This document shows positions 35,625-46,583 of a stretch of 64,000 nucleotides of DNA, one piece after another. A model generated the notes under the pieces. That model saw only the letters and a list, made by a program, of their open reading frames with translations. It was not told the origin of the DNA and made no database searches. Source of the stretch: Tagaea sp. (GTDB lineage Bacteria; Pseudomonadota; Alphaproteobacteria; CACIAM-22H2). The position numbers and the translations under genes are program-made. Numbering within the stretch: the stretch's first letter is position 1; each line of letters opens with the position of its first letter. The stretch lies in NCBI GenBank assembly GCA_965279525.1, contig CBDIIB010000002.1:352001-416000 (forward strand), given 5' to 3'.

Positions 35625-36575
35625 TCAGGCGTTTTTGGCGACTTCGTCGGAGAACTTCGTGCTGATGAACGTGTCGTAGTTCGGCAGCGCGCGGATCTGC
35701 TTCAGCTCCAGCATCTGCTCGGAATAGGTCTTCACCTGCTGGACCATCAGCGGCGTCATCTGCCAGTTGAGCTCCACGTTCGGCACCGAAACCTCGAGTG
35801 CCTCGCGCTTCTGGCCGAGCTTGGCCATCGACATCGAGATCATTTCCTCGCGGTTGGCCATCGCGAAGCCGCTTGCCTTGCGCTGGATGTCGAGGATCAT
35901 GCGCACCATGTCGGGCTTGGCCGTCAGCATGTCGGTGTGGGTGCCGAGGATCATGTTGAGGCTGCCCATCGCGGTCGAGTAGGGGTACTCGACGATCTTG
36001 CCCACGCCGGAGCTGACCGACACGCCCGGTGCAGGTTCCGCGCCGACATAGGCGTCGACGTCGCCGCGCGCGAGCGCGGTGTGCATCTCGCTGAAGCTGA
36101 CGCGGACCGACTGGATGTCCTTGATCGTCATGCCTTCCATGCGCAGGCGCTCGAGGATGAAGACTTCCTGGGTCGAGCCCGGCCAGATCGCGACCTTCTT
36201 GCCGCGCAGGTCCTTGAGATTGGCGATGGGCGAATCCTTGCCCGCGACGACCGCCATGCCCTTGTTGCAGGCGGAGCCGAACACCGTCACGGGCTCGCGC
36301 GCCGCCGCCCCGAGGATTCCGGCGGCGATCCCGAACGTGGCGAACTCGACCGACTTGGTGACCACGGCGTTCTTCGCCTCGGTCGGGCTTTCGAACGGGA
36401 TCACCTCGATCTTGTATCCGGCCGGCGTGAAGCGATCATAGAAATAGGGCGTGATTGAGTGGATCAGCTTGAGGGCACCCATCTTGATCACGGTGGGGTT
36501 CTGCTGGGCGGATGCCGGACGCACGAAAGGCATCGCAAGGCCGGCGGCCAGAACGGAACGGCGCGAAAGACGCAT
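35625..36575 (-). CDS. NitT/TauT ABC substrate-binding protein (Tat signal)
   Basis: MRLSRRSVL; DLRGKKVA; AL.RGDVDAY...EP. Confidence 0.9.
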   Translation of the reverse strand: MRLSRRSVLAAGLAMPFVRPASAQQNPTVIKMGALKLIHSITPYFYDRFTPAGYKIEVIPFESPTEAKNAVVTKSVEFATFGIAAGILGAAAREPVTVFGSACNKGMAVVAGKDSPIANLKDLRGKKVAIWPGSTQEVFILERLRMEGMTIKDIQSVRVSFSEMHTALARGDVDAYVGAEPAPGVSVSSGVGKIVEYPYSTAMGSLNMILGTHTDMLTAKPDMVRMILDIQRKASGFAMANREEMISMSMAKLGQKREALEVSVPNVELNWQMTPLMVQQVKTYSEQMLELKQIRALPNYDTFISTKFSDEVAKNA

Positions 36576-36621
36576 GGGTGATCTCCTTGGATTGGCGGCG
36601 GAATTCTGTGCCCGCTTTTTA

Positions 36622-36637
36622 AGCAACATTCGGGCCA
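36622..36637 (-). promoter_or_regulatory. Sigma54 -24/-12 promoter TGGCCCGAATGTTGCT
   Basis: GG-N10-GC about 47 bp upstream of the SBP start. Confidence 0.7.
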
Positions 36638-36662
36638 CGGGCATCCGGCAATCCAGGTGGCG

Positions 36663-38201
36663 TCAATCCGTCGAAGGCAGGACGGCCCTTACTTCCGGCA
36701 GATCGGCGGTGAAGCCGCCGTCGGCGATCTGGGCCGCCATCCGGACGATCTCAGCCGCGAGCGAGCGATCGGCATCGAGGAACCCCGATATCTTCCGGAC
36801 CTTGTCGACGGCACCCTTGGCGCGCGGGCCGGGGCGCAGGGGGGCGCGCATCTCGATGCCCTGTGCGGCCATCAACGCCTCGATCGCAACGATATTAGCA
36901 AGATTGGCCGCCATCGGAAGCAGGCGCCGTGCGCCATGGGCCGCCATCGAAACGTGATCTTCCTGGTTGATGGACGTGGAGATCGAGTCGATCGACGCAG
37001 GCGCCGCGCGCATCCTGTTCTCCGACGCGAGGGCCGCCGACGTGACCTCGGGGATCATGAAGCCGGAGTTCAGTCCCGGCTTCGGGATCAGGAAGGCCGG
37101 CAGGCCGGAAAGCGACGGGTCCACCAGCATCGCGCAGCGGCGCTGGGCGATGTTGCCGATCTCGGCGGCGGCGAGTGCGAGCATGTCCGCCGCGAACGCG
37201 ACGGGCTCGGCATGGAAGTTCCCGCCGGAGAGCACTTCGCCGGTATCCTGCATTACCAGCGGGTTGTCGGTGACGCCATTGGCCTCGCGCTCCAGCATTC
37301 CGGCCGCGGCACGCATGACGTCGAGTGCGGCCCCCATCACCTGCGGCTGGCAGCGCAGCGAGTAGGGGTCCTGCACGCGCGGATCGTCGGCAAGATGCGA
37401 GCGGCGGATCTCGCTGTCGGCCATCAGGGCGCGCAGCACGTTTGCCACGTCGATCTGGCCGGGCTGGCCGCGCAGCGCCTGGATGCGCGCGTCGAACGGC
37501 GTGTCGGCGCCCGCCGCCGCGTCGACCGACATGGCGCCCGTCACGAGGGCGGATGCAAAGCACTCCTCGATCGCGAACAGGCCGGCGAGTGCCAGCGCCG
37601 TCGAGACCTGCGTGCCGTTGAGGAGTGCGAGGCCTTCCTTCGGGCCCAGCACGACCGGTGACAGGCCCGCTCGCGAAAGGGCCGCGGCACCCGGCATGAC
37701 GGTTCCGTCGAGCACGGCATCGCCCTCGCCGATCAGCACGGCGGCCAGATGCGCGAGCGGCGCCAGATCGCCGGACGCCCCGACCGATCCCTGGCCGGGA
37801 ATGACCGGCAGCACGCCGCGCGCGAGCATCTGCGCCAGAAGTTCGAGCGTGGCCGGATTCACGCCCGATGCGCCATGCGCGAGGCTGGCGATCTTCAACG
37901 CCATCACGAGCCGGACGACGGGACCATCGAGCGGCGTGCCGACGCCGGCACAATGCGAGCGCACGATGTTGACCTGCAGCTCGGCCAGCTTGTCGGTCGG
38001 GATGCGCACGCTCGCGAGCTTGCCGAATCCGGTATTGACGCCGTAGATCGCGTCGTTGCCGCGTGCGGCGCGGGCAAGAAGTTCGTGCCCGCTGGCGACG
38101 CGATCCATCGCTACGACAGGAATTTCCAGCAAGTCGCCGCGCATCATGGCGCGCCAGAGCGACAGCTTCGCGGAACCGGGATCCAGACGGCGGGAATTCA
38201 T
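36663..38201 (-). CDS. hutH: Histidine ammonia-lyase
   Basis: [10 protein letters not shown] specificity pair (RSHCAG), [12 protein letters not shown] (MIO), [21 protein letters not shown]. Confidence 0.92.
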   Translation of the reverse strand: MNSRRLDPGSAKLSLWRAMMRGDLLEIPVVAMDRVASGHELLARAARGNDAIYGVNTGFGKLASVRIPTDKLAELQVNIVRSHCAGVGTPLDGPVVRLVMALKIASLAHGASGVNPATLELLAQMLARGVLPVIPGQGSVGASGDLAPLAHLAAVLIGEGDAVLDGTVMPGAAALSRAGLSPVVLGPKEGLALLNGTQVSTALALAGLFAIEECFASALVTGAMSVDAAAGADTPFDARIQALRGQPGQIDVANVLRALMADSEIRRSHLADDPRVQDPYSLRCQPQVMGAALDVMRAAAGMLEREANGVTDNPLVMQDTGEVLSGGNFHAEPVAFAADMLALAAAEIGNIAQRRCAMLVDPSLSGLPAFLIPKPGLNSGFMIPEVTSAALASENRMRAAPASIDSISTSINQEDHVSMAAHGARRLLPMAANLANIVAIEALMAAQGIEMRAPLRPGPRAKGAVDKVRKISGFLDADRSLAAEIVRMAAQIADGGFTADLPEVRAVLPSTD

Positions 38202-38291
38202 GCGGGCGTGAACCGGATTTGACGTTCAGGATATGGGAAATCAGGCAACCATGTTGCCCGCCTCCGGAGCAAGCGGATTGTCCTGCGCGCG

Positions 38292-38969
38292 ATGCGCCGC
38301 TATAAGCGCCTGATGCTCGATCATCTGAAAGCGAACAACCGCGCATGGTCCCAGAGGATGATGTCCGCCGACGGCGGCTTCTTCCGCCGGCTCGAACGCC
38401 AGCAGGCGCCCGAGTATCTTTGGATCGGCTGCTCGGACAGCCGGGTGCCGGCCAACGAGATCGTCGGGCTTGATCCGGGCGAGCTCTTCGTCCACCGGAA
38501 TGTCGCGAACCTGGCGCCGCCGCAGGACGCCAACTACCTTTCGGTCCTCCAATTCGCTGTCGATGTCCTCAAGGTCAAGCACATCATCGTCGTCGGTCAC
38601 TATGGGTGTGGCGGCGTGAAGGCGGCGGTGGACGGGCAGCGGCGCGGACTCGTCGATCATTGGCTGCACCCGATCCGCGAGTTGCGACACACGCATCGCG
38701 AGGAGCTCGACGCGATCCTCGACGAACGTTCGATGCTCGACCGGCTATGCGAGCTCAACGTGATCCGGCAGGTGCGCAACGTCGCATCGGACGTTTTCGT
38801 GCACGAGGCGTGGACGCGCGGCCAGACACTGGCCGTGCATGGCTGGGTCTATTCTCTGGCGAACGGACTGGTGCGCGATCTCGATGCGACCGTGTCCCGG
38901 ATCGAGGAACTCGATCGGCTCCACAATCTGCCCGCCCGCCGGCCGCTGGGCCTGGACCCCAGCAGATAA
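38292..38969 (+). CDS. can: Beta-class carbonic anhydrase
   Basis: WIGCSDSR, FVHRNVAN, GHYGCGG, HGWVY. Confidence 0.95.
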   Translation: MRRYKRLMLDHLKANNRAWSQRMMSADGGFFRRLERQQAPEYLWIGCSDSRVPANEIVGLDPGELFVHRNVANLAPPQDANYLSVLQFAVDVLKVKHIIVVGHYGCGGVKAAVDGQRRGLVDHWLHPIRELRHTHREELDAILDERSMLDRLCELNVIRQVRNVASDVFVHEAWTRGQTLAVHGWVYSLANGLVRDLDATVSRIEELDRLHNLPARRPLGLDPSR

Positions 38970-39021
38970 CATCATGTTTCGTATATCTTAGAAATTGGTT
39001 ATCCAGTTATGCTCGCGGTCA

Positions 39022-39037
39022 TGGCATCTGGTTTGCC
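39022..39037 (+). promoter_or_regulatory. Possible sigma54 promoter TGGCATCTGGTTTGCC
   Basis: GG-N10-GC about 130 bp upstream of the SBP gene. Confidence 0.45.
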
Positions 39038-39164
39038 GACAGTTGCTGCCTGTTGACGGTGCGACGGTCGATTGCCTACGCACGCTGTGATCGGCGAACA
39101 TGATCCCGTGAAACCGTGACCGGACAACCGGCGCGCACGACATAAAAGTTCGAGGGAGAGAACG

Positions 39165-40298
39165 ATGAAAAAGTGGATATTTGGCGCCGTACTTGCGACC
39201 GCTCTTGCGTTGCCGGCGACGGCTCAGCAGACCGTCAAGCTTGTCAATGTCGTCGAGCTTTCCGGGGCGGGTGCCAGTGCGGGCACCAACTGGCGCAACG
39301 GCATCGAACTGGCGGCGGCACACATCAATGCCAAGGGCGGCATTCTCGGCCGCCAGATCCAGCTCGTGCATTACGATACCCAGACGAATCCCGGCAACAC
39401 GCGCGCGGCGGTCCAGCGCGCCATCGACGAGGATACGTACGTCGTTCTTGGCCCGGTCTTCTCCGGCCCGATCGGTGCATCGATGCAGATCGCCCAGCGG
39501 GCCGAGATTGCCCAGATCGTCGGTGGCGAGGCCGCCGGCCTCACAATGCAAGGCAATCCCTATATCTTCCGCACGTCGCTGAGCCAGTCGGCCGCAATGC
39601 CGAAGATCGCGAACTACCTGAAGGACACGGTAAAGGCTTCGTCACTCGCGATCATCTGGGTGAACAACGACTTCGGCAAGGGAGGTCGCGACGCGATCAT
39701 GCCAGAGCTTGCCAAGCGCGGGATCAAAGTGGTCGCAGACGTTTCGACCGAGCAGGGTCAGGCCGATTTCGCGGCCGACGCGATCAAGATCAAGAACTCG
39801 GGTGCCGATGCGGTCTTCGTCTATCTCAACGAGGACGAAAGTGCGCGTTTTCTGCGGGCCGCCCGCCAGCAGGGGATCGACAAGCCGCTTGTCGGCGAGA
39901 CGACACTGCTCGGCGCCAAGGTCATCGAACTGGCCGGCGATGCCGCCAACGGGGCACGCGGGCATGTCGGGCTGTCGGTTGACGCGCCGATCCCGGCTTT
40001 CCAGGAATTCGGCAAGCAGTTCCGCGAGAAGTTCAACGCCACGCCCGATCACAACGGCCTCAAAGGCTACATGGCCGTCTACATGGTCAAGTGGGCGACC
40101 GAGAAGATGGGCAAGTTCGACAAGAAGGGCGTGGCCGATACGCTGCGGGGTGCCACGATCACCACGCAGATGGAGCCTGGAATCCTGATCACGACGAAGA
40201 TCGAGAGGAACGGCGATCTGGATCGCGAGAGCTTCCTGGGCGAAGTGATAGGCGGCAAGCAGGTCATCAACGTCAAGCTGCCGATGGTCAATCCCTAG
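39165..40298 (+). CDS. HAAT/Liv-type ABC substrate-binding protein
   Basis: Signal peptide; INAKGGILGR.I; NNDFGKGG. Confidence 0.92.
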   Translation: MKKWIFGAVLATALALPATAQQTVKLVNVVELSGAGASAGTNWRNGIELAAAHINAKGGILGRQIQLVHYDTQTNPGNTRAAVQRAIDEDTYVVLGPVFSGPIGASMQIAQRAEIAQIVGGEAAGLTMQGNPYIFRTSLSQSAAMPKIANYLKDTVKASSLAIIWVNNDFGKGGRDAIMPELAKRGIKVVADVSTEQGQADFAADAIKIKNSGADAVFVYLNEDESARFLRAARQQGIDKPLVGETTLLGAKVIELAGDAANGARGHVGLSVDAPIPAFQEFGKQFREKFNATPDHNGLKGYMAVYMVKWATEKMGKFDKKGVADTLRGATITTQMEPGILITTKIERNGDLDRESFLGEVIGGKQVINVKLPMVNP

Positions 40299-40315
40299 GC
40301 GTCCGCAGGCGCACG

Positions 40316-40345
40316 CCGTATCCGGGATCGCGTTCCCGGATACGG
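40316..40345 (+). other. Intercistronic stem-loop after the SBP gene
   Basis: CCGTATCCGGGA-N6-TCCCGGATACGG. Confidence 0.7.
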
Positions 40346-40367
40346 TGGCCCGGAAACCCTATTGTCG

Positions 40368-41246
40368 ATGACCGAATTCATCCAGATCCTGATGGCCGGC
40401 CTTGCGACGGGCGCCATCTACTCGCTCGCCGCCATCGGCTTCACGCTTGTCTGGCAGACGTCTCAGACGATCAATTTCGCGCAAGGCGAGTTCGTCATGC
40501 TGCCGGCGATCTTCGTGCTGGCCGGCACGCTCGTCTTCGGACTGCCGCTGTGGCTGGCGGTTGTCGCGGGGTTTGCGGCGTTCGTGCTGCTGTTCGGTTT
40601 CGGCTTCAAGCGACTGATCGTCGATCCGATGATCACGCAGGGCGTGTTGCCGCTCGCGTTCGCGACGATGGCGCTGTCGATCTTGATGAAAGAAGGGGCC
40701 AAGGATTTCTTCTCGGCCGAAGCGCAGGTCTTTCCGTCGCTGGCACCTGAGGGAAATCTCTCGGCCTTCGGCATTTCAATCGCATGGCAGAACATCGTTG
40801 TCGTCGCCGTCGCGTTCCTGGCGATCGGTCTCTTGCAGTGGTTCGTGAACCGGACTCGGACAGGCCGCCAGATGCAGGCGACCGCGCAGAATCCATCCGT
40901 GGCGCTCATTCTGGGTATCCCGGTCCAGCGGATGATCCTGCTGACATTCCTGATCAATGCTGGGCTCGCCGCAGTCGCGAGTTTCCTCGTGGCGCCGATC
41001 TATCTCGCAAAGTTTTCCAACGGCGAGGTCATCGGGCTTGCCGCGTTCATTGCCGCGATAATCGGCGGGTTCAACCAGGTACGAGGGGCGCTGTGGGGCG
41101 GGCTGCTCGTCGGCGTCATCGACGCGCTCGCCGCCTCATATGTTTCGACAAGCTATCGTAGTGCCGTGCCGCTCGTCCTGCTTGTCGCGATCATCCTGCT
41201 CAAGCCGGAAGGCCTGTTCGGCAGCCGCGAGGAGCGGCGGGTATGA
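40368..41246 (+). CDS. livH: Liv-type ABC permease
   Basis: GAIYSLAAIG..L......INFAQGE; LL.KPEGLFG. Confidence 0.9.
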   Translation: MTEFIQILMAGLATGAIYSLAAIGFTLVWQTSQTINFAQGEFVMLPAIFVLAGTLVFGLPLWLAVVAGFAAFVLLFGFGFKRLIVDPMITQGVLPLAFATMALSILMKEGAKDFFSAEAQVFPSLAPEGNLSAFGISIAWQNIVVVAVAFLAIGLLQWFVNRTRTGRQMQATAQNPSVALILGIPVQRMILLTFLINAGLAAVASFLVAPIYLAKFSNGEVIGLAAFIAAIIGGFNQVRGALWGGLLVGVIDALAASYVSTSYRSAVPLVLLVAIILLKPEGLFGSREERRV

Positions 41247-42199
41247 ACAGACGGTTCGGTGCGCTTGACGGCGTGTTCGCGTGCCTCGTCGCCGGTGCAG
41301 TCGTCCTGTGGTTCGTTCCGACGGGCATGGGCCGCTACGGCACATACGTCCTGTCGCTGTGGCTGGTGATGACCGTCGCGGCGATGGGCCTCAATCTCGT
41401 GCTTGGCTATGCTGGCCTGAAGGCCCTGTGCCAGGCCGCGTTCCTCGGGATAGGCGCATATGCGACGGCGCTGCTCACCAAGGCCGGGGTGCCGTGGATC
41501 GCGGCCTTCGGTATTTCGGGCATGCTCTGCTTCCTTGCTGGCATCGTCATCGGTTTTCCCGCGTTGCGCGTGCGCGCGCATTACCTCGGCTTCGTCACAC
41601 TCGCTTTTGCCACCGTCGTATGGCTGGTGATGCGCAACGAGCAATGGCTGACCGGGGGCACGTTCGGCATCGGCAACATCCCGCGCCCGGAAGTTTTCGG
41701 ATTCAAGACCGACGGCGCGCTCGCTTTCCATCGCTTCGTCGTCGGCACGACCCTGCTTCTGGCGCTCGCACTGTGGTGGCTGCTGAAGAGCCCGTGGGGG
41801 CGCGCTTTTCTGGCATTGCGTGAAAATCCCTTGCGCGCGGCAAGCCTCGGTATCGACACACGCCTCTATACCCTGCTCGCGTTCGCGATCAGTGCGGCAT
41901 ATGGCGGCTTTGCGGGTGCCCTCTATGCGCCACTGGTCGAGTTCATCGATCCGAGCCCGTTTTCCCTGTCCGCGTCGTTTTTCCTCGTGCTGATGGTGAT
42001 CGCCGGGGGTGCAGGCTACATGCTGGGGCCTTTCGTGGGAGCGCTTCTCGGGATCGCATTGCCCGAATGGCTGCGTTTCACCGGTGGACTCTACCTGATC
42101 ATCTTCGCCGGCACCGTGCTGCTGCTCCTGATCGCGTGCCCCACGGGTATCCTCGGACTTGCCGATCGCGCGATCGCGCGGATCCGGAGGCCCAAGTGA
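41243..42199 (+). CDS. livM: Liv-type ABC permease
   Basis: GLNL.LGYAG...L.QAAF.GIGAY; S.WGRA..ALREN. Confidence 0.9.
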   Translation: MNRRFGALDGVFACLVAGAVVLWFVPTGMGRYGTYVLSLWLVMTVAAMGLNLVLGYAGLKALCQAAFLGIGAYATALLTKAGVPWIAAFGISGMLCFLAGIVIGFPALRVRAHYLGFVTLAFATVVWLVMRNEQWLTGGTFGIGNIPRPEVFGFKTDGALAFHRFVVGTTLLLALALWWLLKSPWGRAFLALRENPLRAASLGIDTRLYTLLAFAISAAYGGFAGALYAPLVEFIDPSPFSLSASFFLVLMVIAGGAGYMLGPFVGALLGIALPEWLRFTGGLYLIIFAGTVLLLLIACPTGILGLADRAIARIRRPK

Positions 42200-42939
42200 A
42201 GGCGGTACTGTCGGTCCGCAATCTCACGCGACGTTTCGGCGGGATCGTTGCCGTCGACGACGTGTCGTTCGACGTCCGTTCGGGCGAAATTCTGGGCCTG
42301 ATCGGTCCCAACGGGTCGGGCAAGTCGACGCTGTTCAATTGCATCCTTGGCCAGATCCCGCCCACTGCGGGCGAGGTGGAACTCGATGGCAAGTCGATAC
42401 TCGGTTTCGACCCGCCGCAACTCAACCGGCTCGGCGTCGGTCGCACGTTCCAGCTCCTCCAGGTGTTCCCTGAACTGACCGTCCGCGAGAACCTGATCCT
42501 AGCGGGTCAGGAGCATGTCGGGACGCTGATTTCGCGCCTGTTCGGCCGGCGTGACGCAGGTCTTGGAGACGAAGCCGACCGGATGATCGGCTTTTTCCGG
42601 CTCGGGCATCTTGCCGGAGAGCGCGCCGGCCGGCTTTCCTACGGCCAGCAGAAACTTCTCGACGCCGCGATGGCGTTCATGGCTACGCCCCGGCTCGTCC
42701 TGCTCGACGAACCTGCCGGCGGCGTCAACCCGACGATGCTGGAAGGTCTCAAGGAGCGGCTGGCGGCGTATAACCGCGAGATCGGTACGACGTTCGTCGT
42801 GATCGAGCACAACATGGATTTCGTGATGTCGCTGTGCTCGCGGGTGATCGTTCTGGCGGAAGGCCGCGTCATCGCCGAAGGACTTCCTGAAGATATCCGC
42901 CGCGATCCGCGCGTTATCGAAGCCTATCTGGGGGGATGA
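42196..42939 (+). CDS. livG: Liv-type ABC ATPase
   Basis: GPNGSGKST, LSYGQQK, LDEPAGG; GTG start overlaps the livM stop. Confidence 0.9.
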   Translation: MKAVLSVRNLTRRFGGIVAVDDVSFDVRSGEILGLIGPNGSGKSTLFNCILGQIPPTAGEVELDGKSILGFDPPQLNRLGVGRTFQLLQVFPELTVRENLILAGQEHVGTLISRLFGRRDAGLGDEADRMIGFFRLGHLAGERAGRLSYGQQKLLDAAMAFMATPRLVLLDEPAGGVNPTMLEGLKERLAAYNREIGTTFVVIEHNMDFVMSLCSRVIVLAEGRVIAEGLPEDIRRDPRVIEAYLGG

Positions 42940-43673
42940 GCATGCCCGGCATCCTGACCCTTGACAATGTCGTGGCCGGTTACGGACCGATCACGATCCT
43001 GCATGGCACCAGCTTCACCGTGCGCAAGGGCACCATCACGACGGTGATCGGCCCGAACGGTGCCGGCAAGTCGACCGTGTTCAAGTCCGTCTTTGGCCTG
43101 TTGCGCGTGCAGTCCGGGCGAATTCTCTTCGAGAACGAGGACGTGACGGGTCTCGACCCAGCCGGGCTTCTGGCGCGCGGCATCGTCTATGTGCCGCAGG
43201 GCCGCAACGTCTTTCCAGAGCTGTCGGTGCGCCACAATCTCGAATTGGGTGCTGTCGCGATAAAAGGGATCACGGATCTCGACGCCCGCGTCGAGGCGGC
43301 TATGGACCGCTTTCCGGTCCTGCGCCAGAAGGCCGATACCCAGGCTTCGACGCTTTCGGGCGGGCAGCAGAAGATACTCGAAGTGGCGCGCGGCCTGCTG
43401 CTCGACCCCAGGCTCGTGCTCATCGACGAGCCATCGATCGGCCTGTCGCCGCTGATGGTCCAGGAGGTCTTTGCCATCCTGCGGGGGTTGCGCGATCGTG
43501 GCGTGACGATCCTGCTGATCGAGCAGAACGCCAAGAGCGCGCTTGCGATTTCCGATGACGGGATCGTCCTGGAACAGGGGCGCACGCGGATGCATGACAG
43601 TGCGGCTGCACTGCTCGCCGATCCACGCGTGGGTCAGCTATTCTTGGGTGGCGCGCTGGCCGAGACGAGCTGA
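42936..43673 (+). CDS. livF: Liv-type ABC ATPase
   Basis: GPNGAGKST, LSGGQQK, DEPSIGL.P. Confidence 0.9.
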   Translation: MSMPGILTLDNVVAGYGPITILHGTSFTVRKGTITTVIGPNGAGKSTVFKSVFGLLRVQSGRILFENEDVTGLDPAGLLARGIVYVPQGRNVFPELSVRHNLELGAVAIKGITDLDARVEAAMDRFPVLRQKADTQASTLSGGQQKILEVARGLLLDPRLVLIDEPSIGLSPLMVQEVFAILRGLRDRGVTILLIEQNAKSALAISDDGIVLEQGRTRMHDSAAALLADPRVGQLFLGGALAETS

Positions 43674-44582
43674 AGATTCTGCGGGCGACTTGCGCACCAC
43701 GCCGTGCATCTCGCGTCGGAGCAGCTCGATGAAATTGCGCGCGAATGTCGTCGCTGGGCGGCCCGCCTTCGTCGCGACATAGGTCTGGAAGGTCGTCGGC
43801 TCCTCGATGCGCAGCACCTTCACGCCCGGAACCCCGTCATGTGCGATCGTGAACTGGTCGATGACCGCGATCCCGAGACCCGCCTTGACCAGGGCGCAGA
43901 CCGTCGTGCCGAAGCGGGCCTTGATCGGAATCTCGTATGTCAGGCGCTGGCGCTCGAATATCTCGGCCATGATACCGCCATAGGGATCGGCCGGATCGAT
44001 GCCGATCAGCGGATGGCGGACGATCTCGGCCGCCGAGATCGACTTGCGGCGTGCCAGCACGTGATCCAGGGGAACGATACAAAAGAGCTCGCCTGTCGCG
44101 AGGGGTTCGAACTCCACGCTCGGGTGATCGAACCGATAGCTCATGGCTACGACATCGCCCTTGTCGAGAAGGAGATAGTCGATCGCCTCCTCGATCTTCA
44201 GGATGTTGATGTCGATCAGGAGGTTCGCGTACTTCCGGCGAACCTGCTGGATCGCGCGAGGGACCATGACGTTCGCGATGCTCGGCACCGAGCCGATGCG
44301 CAGCCACTGGGAGCGGCCGCGTTTGACGTTCGCGATGGTGAATTGGAGATCCTCGACTTTCTTGAACGTGGCATTGATCTGCTCGAAGATGGCGTTGGCG
44401 ACGGGTGCGGGCGTGTAACGGCCGCTGCGACGGTCGAATAGCCGCAGGCCGATCGCCTGTTCGGTGTATTTCATCAGCCGGCTGATGCCGGGTGCCGACA
44501 CGTTGAGCAGGCGAGCGGCACCGACGATCGTGCCGGTGACCATGATGGCGCGGATGACCTCGATCTGGCGCAGCGTCAGCAA
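43638..44582 (-). CDS. LysR family regulator
   Basis: LRQIE..RA....GT..GAA..LNVS.P.ISR HTH; divergent from quiC. Confidence 0.93.
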   Translation of the reverse strand: MLTLRQIEVIRAIMVTGTIVGAARLLNVSAPGISRLMKYTEQAIGLRLFDRRSGRYTPAPVANAIFEQINATFKKVEDLQFTIANVKRGRSQWLRIGSVPSIANVMVPRAIQQVRRKYANLLIDINILKIEEAIDYLLLDKGDVVAMSYRFDHPSVEFEPLATGELFCIVPLDHVLARRKSISAAEIVRHPLIGIDPADPYGGIMAEIFERQRLTYEIPIKARFGTTVCALVKAGLGIAVIDQFTIAHDGVPGVKVLRIEEPTTFQTYVATKAGRPATTFARNFIELLRREMHGVVRKSPAESSARLGQRATQE

Positions 44583-44702
44583 CGGTTTCCCCCTCTTGTG
44601 GCGCCCGAAAATAACTTGATGTCACGGATATGGCAATTCTTGGTATTGGACGTTACTTTCTGTTCCGCGCGATGCTCCGTCGTTCCGGCCCGGAGGATTT
44701 CG

Positions 44703-46583
44703 ATGCAGACAGCGATCGCAACCGTATGCCTCAGCGGCACGCTCGACGAAAAGCTGACTGCGATTGCCGGTGCACGTTTCCGCGGCGTCGAGATCTTCGA
44801 GAATGACCTGTTGTCCTTCAACGGCTCGCCGCGCGACGTGCGCACGATGGTCGCGGATCTTGGACTGGAAACCGTCGCTTTCCAGCCGTTCCGCGATTTC
44901 GAGGGAATGCCCGAGCCCAAGCGCGCGCGCGTTTTCGCGCGCGCCGAGCGCAAGTTCGACGTGATGGCGGAACTTGGCTGCGACCTGCTCATGGTGTGCA
45001 GCAACGTGTCGCCCGACGCACTGGGGGGTATCGAGCGGGCGGCCGCCGATTTCCATGAGCTGGGCGAGCGTGCGGCCAAGCGCGGCATGCGAGTGGCCTT
45101 CGAGGCGCTTGCCTGGGGCCGGCATATCAACGACTACCGCGACTCGTGGGAAGTCGTGCGCCGGGCGGCCCATCCGAATGTCGGGCTCGTCCTCGACAGT
45201 TTCCACATCCTTGCCCGAGGCACCGACCTGTCGACGATCCGTTCGGTCCCGAAGGACCGGATTTTTCTCGTCCAGATGGCGGATGCGCCGAAGCTGGAGA
45301 TGGATTTCCTGTCGTGGAGCCGGCACTACCGCTGCTTCCCCGGGCAGGGCGATCTTCCGGTCGACGCATTCATGGATGCGCTGCAGGCCACCGGATTCGA
45401 CGGGCTTCTTTCGCTCGAAATCTTCAATGACCGCTTCCGCGCCGGATCGGCGCGCAGCGTGGCGATCGACGGGCAGCGTGCACTCGTCCAGATGCTCGAC
45501 CAGATGCGCCGGCGCAGCGGCATCGCCATCCCCGGTCTGCCGGAACTGCCGCCGCGCGCCAACTGCAAGGGGATCGAGTTCGTCGAATTCGCCATCGACG
45601 AGGGCACGGCGCCGGCCTTCGAGACGCTGCTGCGCGGGCTCGGATTCGCAAAGGCAGGGACGCACCGGTCGAAGGCAGTGACGCGCTGGCGTCAGGGCGA
45701 TGCGAACATCGTCGTGAACTGCGAGAGCGAGGGATTCGCGCATTCGTTCCAACTCGTCCACGGGCCGTCGGTCTGCGCGATGGCGCTGCGCGTCGACGAC
45801 GCCGGGGCAACGGTCGAACGCGCCCTGAAACTGCTCGACAGCCCGTTCGAGCAGGCGGTCGGACCGGGCGAGCTCAATATTCCCGCCGTCCGGGGCCTCG
45901 GCGGCAGTCTCGTGCACTTCATCGACGAGCGTGGCGGCCTGTCGCGCCTGTGGGATGTCGATTTCGAGAAGGTCGAGGCGCCCGCCGCGCCGGACGCCGG
46001 TATCGTCGGCTTCGACCATGTCTCGCAGTCCATGCAGTACGAAGAAGTGCTGACGTGGCTGCTTTTCTACACGTCGCTGTTCGAGACCCGCCGCACGCCG
46101 ACGCAGGCCGTCGTCGACCCCGGCGGCGTCGTGCAGAGCCAGGCGATCGAATCGATGGGCGGCGAGCTGCGCCTGATCCTGAACTCGTCGCAGAGCCGCC
46201 AGACGCAGGCCGCTCGCTTCCTTACCGAGAAATTCGGGTCCGGCGTGCAGCACATCGCTTTCGCCAGCGCCGACATCTTCGCGACCGTCGAACGTCTGCG
46301 CGCGAACGGCGTTGCGATCCTCAAGATCCCTGAAAACTACTACGACGATCTCGAGTCACGCACCGATCTGGGCGAATCCGAGATCGACCGCCTGCGCGCG
46401 AACGACATCCTCTACGACCGCGACGGCACGAGCGAATTCTACCAGTTCTACACGACGGTCCTCGAAGGGGGATTCTTCTTCGAGATCGTCGAGCGCCGCG
46501 GCTATTCGGGCTACGGCGCCGCGAATGCCCCGATCCGCCTCGCCGCGCAGTCGCGCGCCTTCGTCCACCCGGAGTTCGAATGA
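44703..46583 (+). CDS. quiC: 3-dehydroshikimate dehydratase (TIM barrel + HPPD-like fusion)
   Basis: IATV..SG.L.EKL, FEALAWG, WSRH.RCFPGQG, SLEIFND.FR, GVQHIA, FFFEIVERR. Confidence 0.88.
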   Translation: MQTAIATVCLSGTLDEKLTAIAGARFRGVEIFENDLLSFNGSPRDVRTMVADLGLETVAFQPFRDFEGMPEPKRARVFARAERKFDVMAELGCDLLMVCSNVSPDALGGIERAAADFHELGERAAKRGMRVAFEALAWGRHINDYRDSWEVVRRAAHPNVGLVLDSFHILARGTDLSTIRSVPKDRIFLVQMADAPKLEMDFLSWSRHYRCFPGQGDLPVDAFMDALQATGFDGLLSLEIFNDRFRAGSARSVAIDGQRALVQMLDQMRRRSGIAIPGLPELPPRANCKGIEFVEFAIDEGTAPAFETLLRGLGFAKAGTHRSKAVTRWRQGDANIVVNCESEGFAHSFQLVHGPSVCAMALRVDDAGATVERALKLLDSPFEQAVGPGELNIPAVRGLGGSLVHFIDERGGLSRLWDVDFEKVEAPAAPDAGIVGFDHVSQSMQYEEVLTWLLFYTSLFETRRTPTQAVVDPGGVVQSQAIESMGGELRLILNSSQSRQTQAARFLTEKFGSGVQHIAFASADIFATVERLRANGVAILKIPENYYDDLESRTDLGESEIDRLRANDILYDRDGTSEFYQFYTTVLEGGFFFEIVERRGYSGYGAANAPIRLAAQSRAFVHPEFE

